In this document: positions 1-11,000 of the stretch, piece by piece
How the letters are laid out: every line of letters begins with the position of its first letter
Position numbering within the stretch: position 1 is the stretch's first letter
Assembly: GCF_000485595.1 (NCBI RefSeq)
Contig: NW_014577072.1
Span: 974,818-1,008,826, forward strand
Source of the DNA: Priapulus caudatus
Lineage: Eukaryota
DNA: 34,009 bases
Direction of reading: 5' to 3'
Notes under the pieces: generated by a model
Told to the model about the DNA's origin: nothing
Databases searched by the model: none
Seen by the model: only the letters and a program-made list of their open reading frames with translations
Position numbers and translations under genes: made by a program

Positions 1-202
1 AGATAGACAGACAGATAGATAGATAGATAGATAGATAGATATATAGACCGACAGACAGACAGACAGACAGACAAACAGATAGATAGATAGATAGATATAT
101 AGACAGACAGACAGACAGACAGACAGATAGATAGATAGATAGATAGATAGATACATACATACACAGATACATAGATACATAGATACATAGATACATAGAT
201 AC

Positions 203-240
<38 letters not shown>
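1..240. repeat. Compound microsatellite (GATA)n/(GACA)n/(GATACATA)n
   Basis: Directly visible tetranucleotide runs. Confidence 0.97.
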
Positions 241-241
<1 letters not shown>

Positions 242-676
242 CTCACTCTCGCGGAGTTTTCCGCCAGATTGTACGTGTGTGCAACGCACGACACGTGTTT
301 GCGCAGGGGCGCGAACACACGGGATACGATTATATATATATATATATCGACAATGTATTCATTGTACATCGAGCTCAATGGCTACACTATGCTGCAGTAA
401 ACTATGGCGTAGAATGGTCGATGCGCGTAGCGTAGAGACGCTCTGCTTTGCCATGGCTGGAACCGCGAAAATACCTATTCCGCGGAAAATATACAGAATT
501 TCTCATTTTAGCTCAAGCAATGCGGATCGGCCTTACTACACACAGTGTTTAATAAGCTCGACAAAATACAGTGGTAGCCGAGTGTGTAGTAGTAGTTAGT
601 AGCAAGTGGCTAGTATCGTACCTGCTAGACGTGTTACGTACCATACCATTACGAACTCGTCATATTGTACTTCCAG

Positions 677-1198
677 GCAAACAATCACAGAGGAAAGACA
701 ATGCACCAATACTCGGCCGTGTTCCGCAGGGTTCTTTGGTCGGCCCAGCTGCTTGGTGCTACGACGTAGCCAGTCATGCCGCGTCGATCCTAGTGGACGC
801 GGTTGCATAAGGTGAGGGTGAAAATGAAGGCAGCACAGATAATATCACAGAACTTTACGAAACAGTTCTACTTCACACTTCTACTAAACAGTTCAAGATA
901 ATATCAAATTTAAAGGAATATCGTGAATAACCATTTAATTCTCATTAAATTGTATCATATTTTTCTATATTCTCATATTTTATTCATAAGTTCTATTCAT
1001 TGAAGATCTAGGTACAATCACGACGAAGTGATAATCTACCAAATAACGTTTTTTACATACTTCGGCAGATCATCGCCACACTGTAGACGGTACTGCTGTA
1101 AGGATTTCTATCTGGACCTTGATGACAAATGTATAGGATTGCCTACACAACAGCAACCAGCACAACGAACCAGAGGAAACAGCTCCAAACCCTACTAA
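677..1198 (+). CDS. Last two exons (677..811, 1069..1198) of a putative small Cys-rich, EMI-domain-like protein
   Basis: ttccag|677..811|gtgagg and ttcggcag|1069..TAA1198 are phase-compatible (2/2). They splice to QTITEERQCTNTRPCSAGFFGRPSCLVLRRSQSCRVDPSGRGCIRSSPHCRRYCCKDFYLDLDDKCIGLPTQQQPAQRTRGNSSKPY*. The CC-x-x-F/Y...C ending resembles the end of EMI domains. Confidence 0.5.
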
Positions 1199-1348
1199 GG
1201 TTATTGTAATTAATCATAGAATATAAAACGGAGATACAAATCCAATATGTAATCGTGCATGGCAAGGTTTGGTATGTCTCCCAACCATTCTGTAAAGTCA
1301 GAGAGAAATTATTAGCTCACCGCACAGAACCTACCCCACCAGCCCTTA

Positions 1349-1721
1349 AGCCCACCGCACACCAGACGATTTTTACAAACGATGAAACGATGAAGCGATG
1401 AAACGATGAAACGATGGTGTGCGGGGGCCTGAATATGCGAGCTGAGAAAAAAATACAATGCGTCCAAGCGAACAATCAAGCGAACAATGCGAATTGAGTG
1501 TGGAAATTTACACAGCCACTCGCACACGCTGTTCAATCTTCCAAGGTCACGCGCACACCACAAAATCGCGTCCAAATAATCGTTCCAAAATCAAACATGT
1601 TTGATTTTGGAACGATCGTCCGATAAAAATAAAATCGTCTACAAATGAACCCGCACACCTACATCGTTTCATCGTTTCATCGTTTCATCGTTTGTAAAAA
1701 TCGTCTGGTGTGCGGTGGCCT
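1349..1721. mobile_element. PIF/Harbinger-type (Tourist-like) MITE
   Basis: ~70-80 bp TIRs (AGCCCACCGCACACCAGACGATTTTTACAAACGATG... / ...CATCGTTTGTAAAAATCGTCTGGTGTGCGGTGGCCT) with internal AAACGATG octamers; 3-bp TTA duplication at 1346-1348 and 1722-1724. Confidence 0.85.
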
Positions 1722-3425
1722 TTAGACGCTGTTACGTTCTGCTGCCTGCTATTACAGTATTACTGCAGTCGACTTGAACTAACCGGATGTACCTTGTTTG
1801 TTGGTTTATCAATTTGAAGACAATCACAGTATTCATTTGTTTGGTGCATTTTAAAGACCTAATTTCACTAAACACGGAAAAATAACATTTTCGTGAATGT
1901 TGTTTTGAAAGGAAATTAAATGACATTCATATTAAAAACCAATATTTTTATACTTATGATACAGCAGTTATATATTTATTATTATTATTACAAATGTACA
2001 ATATAGAAATTTTCTTTACGAAAAAAGATGCAAACCAGACATGTCATAGTCAACAGCAATTCAACTATGATTGGCTAACTAATATACGACTTTTAAGTAG
2101 ATCATTATCACAAATTATGGTAATTTCTCATGCAACGCTTCCTTACAATACATTGCGATGTGCATATCATATCATATGATAAAAAGACATGATATAATAA
2201 TCAATTTATGTGATGCTAAATATCTGTCCATTCACAACAAGAGCTAAATTATACATCACTTTTAAAACGTATGACCTCCTCCCCAAATAATGGAAATTAT
2301 CTTATTTCTAATCTATGAAAGCTCCCCAGCAAAATTCACACTGAAAAGTGGCAGTGTAAACTTCAGACTTTTTTTAACAACAATTTTACTTTCTTACATT
2401 AAACTAATGTTTTTAACAAATTTCTAACAATTTAACAAACAGATTCTTTACCCATTACGAGTATCAAAAAGAATGCTACATCCTAGCTGTTTTGGAATAG
2501 TACAGTACCCACTTGCTTAGGTAGGGTGTAAGCGAAAAATAAGCACCACATTGTGCAATTTTGTGAGTTTAAACAAAGCTATAAATGTATGTTGTGAAGA
2601 GAGACTCAGAGTTCAAGGTTGACATAAATCTCAAGGCCGCAGATTTACTTGATTTTTCAAATGCCGAGTTTTAGCCATCAGAAATCTCACAATGCACATT
2701 TTTAAGATTTATAAGTTATATATTTTAGGAGTGATATTTGTTCAAACTACATATATAGATATTCGTATGTATCAAAACAATGGAGTAAGCCACTCCTACA
2801 CATCAAACAGGTTGTGTCCTTGCACACAGAACCTTCGTCTGATCGTGCTACAAAGAACATTTCTAAATTATTTGTATAAAGTTGAAAGGGTATTTGTTTC
2901 TATACATTATGCAATGCTCACGATAAGAAATAAACTCTGTGAGCAAAAGAGTTAGAACTATGAAGAGAGAAACTATGGAAAAAATTCCGTCAACCAATTA
3001 CTACTAGCTAGATAAGCAGGATGGACGTAAGAATGTCAGACTAAGTAGCCGAACACTTATGATGGCGTGAAAGGTGAAAGGTGTTATGTGCTGAAATATT
3101 CTAGGGGTATACATGCATATATTTGAGTCATTGCAAGTTTACTCAAATTTTAGTATTGTTAAAAAGATGACATTTCTACACGACTTAATGTAAAATTCAG
3201 CAGAGAATCACTGGAGAACTTGTAGGCTTGGCATCAATATCTAGCAAGCAACATGCTGCTTTAGTAAAATGTGAAAATGTAAGAAAAACTGTTATACCCC
3301 AACTGTATAGATAAATATCAGCAAATGACGAAAGTACAAAGAAAGTGGGTTTACACAAAGGTAACTTAAGATATATGCTTCAGGAAGTCTGACTTGGCTA
3401 AGTTGGCTCCACGAATCTTTTGCAC

Positions 3426-3555
3426 TTACTTCTCAGTGTTACCACTATCTTTGTCCTTGTCTTTGTGGTTGGCAGGTTTGAATGGGAGAGACATCTGCCC
3501 ACGTTCGGGTTCAGGCATTTCGTATACACGCATCAGGTTGGAAAGCCGTAAGTGA
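3426..3555 (-). CDS. SMC6: SMC6 exon 20 (terminal)
   Basis: ttttcag|..[25 protein letters not shown]...TEK*. Confidence 0.9.
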
Positions 3556-4978
3556 CTGAAAACGTAGTGCAGAATGCATCCAGTGTGTGTATAGAGACTA
3601 GCAAAGATTTTCTGCAGCAATATTCAACAAGTTCTGAAAATCGGACTCATCAAAACAGTTGTGAACTTGAGACACGGAAACAGACTGACCTCATATCGAG
3701 TGGCGTGAAGAAAATGAACTGCCTGTTTCTCTGTTCTTTGGCCACTACCAGCATCATGTCCATACAGAGCCGTCGGTTGACCATGTCCTGAAACAGCAGA
3801 CCGATGCTATACTAGCAGACAACATTCACTATATAGACATTCTAAGAGACAAAACTCACCATATAAACATACTGGAAGACAACACTAACCATATAGACAT
3901 ACTGGTAAACAGTGCTCACCCTGTAGACAGGCTGGGAAAGAGAACTCACCATATAGACATACTAGGAGACAACACTCACCATATAAACATACTGGAAGAC
4001 AAGACTAACCATATAGACACGCTGGGAGAGAACTCACCATATAGACATACTAGGAGACAACACTCACCATATAAACATACTGGAAGACAAGACTAACCAT
4101 ATAGACACGCTGGGAGAGAACTCACCATATAGACATACTAGGAGACAACACTCACCATATAAACATACTGGAAGACAAGACTAACCATATAGACACGCTG
4201 GGAGAGAACTCACCATATAGACATACTAGGAGACAACACTCACCATATAAACATACTGGAAGACAAGACTAACCATATAGACACGCTGGGAGAGAACTGC
4301 ACCATTGTAAGTCACTCATACTGGTAACTATACAGTCCCCCATGGTGACATCTCTAGTGAGAGAGAGCTAGATTCACACATGTAAGCCATACTGGTAAAC
4401 AACAGTCACCATGTAACATACTAGTAGAAGTGCACAACAACTCACCATGTTATAGACTATACTAGGAAAGAGAGATCAGCTCGACTAGTACCATTACGGA
4501 GAACAACATTGAACCATGTGTGACATACTAGTTAGATCACAACCTCCCATGTAGACGTCGTACTCGGTCCAGCATCATTACAATCTGCACGCGACTGAGA
4601 TGTGCCTTCGAAGAATTGACTTGCCCTTCACTGCCCATCGCGTCCCAGACAGTGCCGAGCACGAAGCAGGTACGGGTCGAAGCCGAAGCGTTTCCCTCTC
4701 CTGACAGCGAGCGGTGTCCTTGGTGGCAGACGCCGTGCCCAGCCTGCGGCCCTACCATGCATGCAAAACACACAATGATTGGTAGCGTGCAAGGTCACGC
4801 GCCGTCAACATCACATTGAGCGACGATCCTTCGTTCACGTGATATTGCAGTCGCATCGCCAATCAAAATCGAAGAACACGAGCTCAAAGACTGTTCCAGA
4901 GGAGCACAAAAGCGTACCCGTTGTTTGAAAGACCATCTCCGACACAGAGAAGTAGAATGACGTAGGGGAGGGTCACGA

Positions 4979-5045
<67 letters not shown>

Positions 5046-8000
5046 TCTCTCTCTCTGTCCTACTCACCACTATTTCGAGCACCTCCTTCTTGTGATCGAA
5101 CATCATGCGACCGCTGCACTGCCTCTCCTCTAGCATGATGTTGAAGATGTTGCGCACACGCAGCGAGATCATGCGACGAAACTGAAGGCACGACGACTCA
5201 CGCTCCATCATGATGAGCGAGAATTTCTGCGAAGAGACACACGGCGAAGCAACGTTAACGTCGTTCGGACAGCGAGCGATCGCAAGCGACGCGTGCGGGG
5301 GCGTGATGCCTGTACGAACATCTGCAAACACTGCAAATTCTGACAAGGATGAAGCCCGCTGGAAAGTGTAGGCACCCACCTTGAGCAGTTCGCTGGCATT
5401 TGCTATCTCCGTCTGGATGAATGTTGACTTTTGCGATATTTCGTGGTATTTGTTAATAACTTCTTCCTTAGTGTAACCTTGGCTGTACAAATGCAAAAAT
5501 GCACAAATAAAGGAAAAACTACTAGTTGTAAGTAATTTAGATATAGATGCATGCAGCTTGTACAATTTACAGTTCGAATTAAGGCTACTGTTACTGCACA
5601 ACCTTCCATGTCGAGATGAGAGGAGATCATAAATCCGTTAAACACATCATGTCACCTACACGTGTGCTAGATGCCACACAACCAATACTCACGTCGTCTC
5701 CTTCTCCTTCAACCGTTTCTCACACTGTGTGATGTCACTGTCGATGGTTCTAGGGGATCGCCTTGTGTTCACCCTCTCACAGATTTGTGTCGCTTTACCG
5801 ATGTACTCCTAAAAAGAAAACAACAAAGGGTTACAATAATATACAACAACAATAGACGTTTACAAAACAAGCTTGCGAGTGAAATGCCTAAAAGCATGTG
5901 TACCAAATATACCTGCAATGTATAATCAAGTCTGGCCCATTACATTTGCTATATTAGGTGAATCCAAACCAGAATTTCATCTAGAATGTATGAATAAACT
6001 ACTACAGTTCAGTACAACCATATAGGCCATTAAGTTATGAATATGCACATCACATACGACATACACAATTTCTATCGGCTAATTAAATCTACACTAAATC
6101 TTTGTAATTACTTACAGATAAATTATGCACATCGTCGTTGTCGAGCTTTTAACTAATAGACGAGATTTTATCTGATAAGGAAACCTTTTGAAATAACGGC
6201 AAACTACAAACAGGAATCAGCTACACACATAATTGAATTAACTTTGATACATCTGCAATATGCTTGATTCCTAATTATTATACTTAGCAGAATCATCCAA
6301 AACCAGGTACCTCAACTTTTGTCTTCTGCTGTTTCAACTGTTTTGTGATCGTCTGTATAACAGCAAGGTGTTCCTGTAGCTGTTTGTTATAATGCTTCTG
6401 ATGTTCTCTAAGCAGCGCTATCTGTTGTTCCGTCTCAGCTAGATCACTTTTCTGTGGAATCACCTTTTCCTTGATCTCTTCCAGCTGCTTAGTAAGTGCA
6501 TTGTACCTGCCATAACACATGTGCAATCCTAAAATTACAAGAATTCAGTTGTATCTGCTACTCCAAATCTTTATCCACAACTCCTGCTATGATAGCAATG
6601 GTACGAACTATGCATCCTACACCACCCAATGTTTTTTCATAGAAGTGCACATTCATTAGCATGCTAGGTATGCATCAACGACACGAGCAGAAATATACCT
6701 ATAGCAGTAACACTATTAAACAATCGTTAATCCTACCAGACGCACGTCGGTGACGTTAGTAACAACCACCGCATTGTGACATACCTGTTCAGTGCTTCTG
6801 TCTGTGTGGACTTGCTACCATTTAGAAGTGCGGTCACCTCCTGTTCAGTCTGCTGCAGTCTATCGTGCTGCGCGTCGCAGTTAAGGAGCTCCTCCTCTAG
6901 CGTGGCGATGTCGATCGGATCCACCTCCTCGACGTTTGCGAACTCAGCGATCTCGTAGCGCTTCTTACGCACCGCCTCCTGAATCCGCATGATGTGCGTG
7001 TCCGTCTTGTTCTTCTGCTGCAAGTTCTCCCTGCAGGTGGCGTCGGCGGTGCGGCTCTCACACTGCAGCTGGCGCAACTGAACGTTGAGATTCGTCGACT
7101 TTTCCTTCAGGGCGTTGATGTCCTCTTCGATGTTTTTCTTCAGAAACTTGGCTTGTGCGTAGCTCGGGCAGGAGTAGTAGCGAAAGGTCTTGCCGCCGAG
7201 GACCTGAGTGCAGAGAAACCAGCTCCGTGAATGAGGCGACTGTTATTTCAACTGGAATTATGCTCTCACCTATCAAACACACACAGGCATGCACGTACAG
7301 ACATACGTGCTAGAAAATGCGCAAGGACCCCATTATAACATGGCATTATCCGATTTAAGTACAAAAATCGAGCAATAAGAGGGAACGACAACAAAGAACA
7401 GTGCACACAGACCTGGTCACCGCTAAGCGTGAAGGCCTCGTGACAGTTGGCCGGCAGCGAGTACTGCATGACACGTCGTGCCTCCGTGTTGTCCTTGATC
7501 AGGACAACCGACTCGACGCCGCGCAAGTCGATGAGGAAGTTTGTGACGATGGGGTCGCGGGTCGTGAGCGTGTGAAGTACCGTCGCGTACGCACGCGTCT
7601 TCGCCTCAAACGCCGACACGTCGTACACGCGCTCCTTGAAGCGACTGATGAGCATCTGCGGCTTCTTGTTGTTGCGCGGAAGCACCGACACCATGATGCG
7701 CTCCAGCACTCCAGCATCGTGGTGGTCATTCACGCACCACGCAAACATGAGGCCGCCCAGACACTGCTCAACTGCTAGGGCCCATCGCTGGTCTGTCAGC
7801 TCCATATATGCACCTACAAACAGCAGAAAGTGCTTTTACTGAAGAGGTTACGGTGGCTCCATAAAAATGAATCCAATAAGAAATCGATGTGACAGCTAAG
7901 GGTTACTTATAGTTAAACTCGCTAGACCCATGATGCCCTGTGTTAGTGTTCTCCTTGCTTATTATGACCAAATGTCCTCAAACGACATTCCTAAACAAGT

Positions 8001-11000
8001 AAATCTTAGAAGCTAGAATAGAAATAAGAGAAACTCATATTCTGATTGTTGGCAAAAAATACTCTAAATGACTATTTCTTGCCAACAATCAGAATATGAG
8101 TTTCTCTTATTTCTATTCTAGCTTCTAAGATTTACTTGTTTAGGAATGTCGTTTCACAGCTTGGTTCATGGTGCAGCATATAGCCAATAAAAGCTAAATA
8201 CAACGCACCTATTGGTCCTCGGGGCTTCTGGTGGAACTTTCCCTGCTTGTGTGCATTTTCAACCTCTCGTATCAGTTGTGGCACCCACTGCCCATAGATG
8301 CGGAATCGATCAGTCTTGCTCTCCTCCAAGTCTCGCAAGTCTCTTTTCGTGCGATCCACCAGTTCCCTAAGACCCTGTTCTTCACGCCTAAAAATGCGGG
8401 GCACTCACAGTGATAATGTAGCTATTGCAACAGATATTGAATGCTGGATAGAGATATGTAGTGTATTTTCTATAAAAAAAAAATTGGTTTTCATAATCAA
8501 TCAACTTGTACTTCAATACTTTATGTAATATTTAAAACGAATCTCATGCCTCATCCTCAGCTGGTCTTCCTTTGCCTTGTTCACTGCCCCCTGGAACTGG
8601 TCAAGATCATGCTTTTTGGTGTTCATCTGAGCAGAAAGTGCCTTCAGTTCCTCCTCGAGTTGTGCAATCTTCTGCTCCCGTTCTCTCCTTTCTGCATCTC
8701 TATTTTCTTGCACACTGAATATAGAGAACAACAAAACTAAGGTCACCCACAGTGTGCACGCACCTTACAAAACAGGCAGTCACGTGTAACACAAAATAAC
8801 ACGCATAACAGAACTGCAATGATAAATCATTGTATGGATAATTTAAACGAGCATACTTATTAGGGCACGAAATTAGCACCGGCCCACCGGCATATGCCGG
8901 CAAATTATTTGGAAGGCCGGTAACATTGGCAAAACACCGGCCCTCCGAGCCGGTGGTGTCAGCCGTGTTAGTGAGTACCTACATTTTTATTTATAGCCTA
9001 CATTATTTATAGCAAATAGCCTACATTACTGTTTTACCTGAAGGATATCACGCAATGAATAACTTATCTACATTTTACAAATTTGAAATCAAGAATGCAA
9101 GCGTGAAACATGCCATTGATTTTACAAACAAATTTGTGAGGGCTGGTAAATTATGGTGAGGGCTGGTAAAAATTACTGTTACCAGCCCTCTGATCGGTGC
9201 AAAAAAATCTGAATTTCGTGCCCTGCTTATACATTAACACATTACATGCATTGTAAACATACATTAATCATATTACATATATATAATGTCGTTGGATTTA
9301 CTGATAAAAAACAACAGTGATTGAACACCTATAGCAAGTAATTGCTTACTTGGTTTTTAACTCTTCTATTCGTGTTGATATCTCCTGGCGATCATTCTTT
9401 AGTTGCCTCAGCTGTCGTTCAATCTCCTTTATTTTCATCTGTAGAGAGAAACCAGTAAAAAAGGCGTTATTGTTTTATTACACAGCCCCAACTTTGAACC
9501 TTACAATGTTAAAATGCTGTTTTGAATTAAAATTCATTTCACGAAATCCTCAGTAAGTTAAGAAGCAATGGATCGGTGTCCACAAACATTTGGTGACCAT
9601 ACCTGGTGTGTGCGTATATCTTTTTTGGCTACGTCAAGGTGATCTTTTGCTGTACGGATATCAGGATCCATTCCCCTCGCCTGGTCACTAATCTGTTTTA
9701 ACTCATCCCTCAACTCTTGTATGCGCAACTGTTCCTTCTGAATTTTTGCCTTAGGAACAGATAAGAATATTAATCAGCAAAAAATTTCCACGGCAACAAG
9801 ATATACTGAAATCTAATCCAGCCAAATTTTGATTTCTGTGGCAGTAATCGTACTATACTTACACTACTTAGTATACTTACACTATTTACTATACTTACAC
9901 TACTTACTATACTTACACTACTTACTATACTTACACTACGTACTATACTTACACTACTTACACTACTTACTATACTTACACTACTTACTATACTTACAAT
10001 GGTTTCTTCCACCTTTCCTGTGAACTTTACTGTCCTTCCATCTTCCGTTTCTAGACCTTTTTGCAATGGATTAACTTCCTATGACAAAAAATATCAGCAT
10101 TACGAAAAGAAGCTTGTTTGTATTAAGTGCTCACATAAATAATTATCCCCATACACAGTACAAACGAAGGAGAATACTCATATATTGAGCACAGGCATGA
10201 AAACTGCATTTAAATATTGACTCTATATGAATTATCTGGCTTAGATACTTACAATTTTTTTTAATCATATTATAGGAGCAACTAAGATTACGTGTAACAG
10301 ACAATAATAAGAACCATTCACAAATGAGCTGGTAACTGATATGAAACCACTCTCTATTACTAACTTGTCCAAATTTGAATGTAGTTTCTAGAGTTTGGTT
10401 TCCCACGTTTCCAAATTAGCCTTGGTCATATACGTCATAAAACCACATGCAACTGTTAGGCAAGCAGGCTCTATGTTCTATCACTTGTTAGCTGCACGTT
10501 GTACGAGCTGTTATGTTTTGATAACTGCTCTACCCCAACTGGCAGTAAAAATCATTCTCGTTGTAAACTACTATTTTGAGCATTTTAAATTTAAATATAA
10601 AATTAAAATATTGGACTCAGGCCACCCTTAAAAAATTATATGTTTGCTGTCCTCCCACCGACCCACGAAAATAGCCGCGACCCAAAATTTTTTTTTTACA
10701 TTTTGGGTTCCATATTTTTTGATGGATGGCCTCAATTATGCATTATCTGCTTTTCTAACAAGACATAACAGTAAGACGTTCAATCAGTAATATAGGCCCG
10801 CACACGACCTCACCTGCTCAACCTCAGCAACCTGCGCCCATGCACTCTCATTCTTCAGCTTCTCGATTTTTTCACGTAGATTATCCAGAGACTTCACAGC
10901 TCTGAATCGCCTATCCCACTCAGCCACCTCCTTCTCCATCTTTGCCATTGTCTGATGAACGGGAGAAAACATGACAGTGCTACCTACGCCATGTATGATT

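Noticed and set aside
3806..4547. CRISPR-like appearance of ~30-bp repeats
   Set aside because: Units are contiguous with no unique spacers, lie in a spliceosomal intron, and no cas genes are present.
4795..5601. 268-aa ORF as a stand-alone gene
   Set aside because: It is SMC6 exons 16-17 plus read-through intron and microsatellite.
9829..10023. Plus-strand (LHYLLY)n ORF
   Set aside because: Antisense translation of the donor-site tandem repeat.
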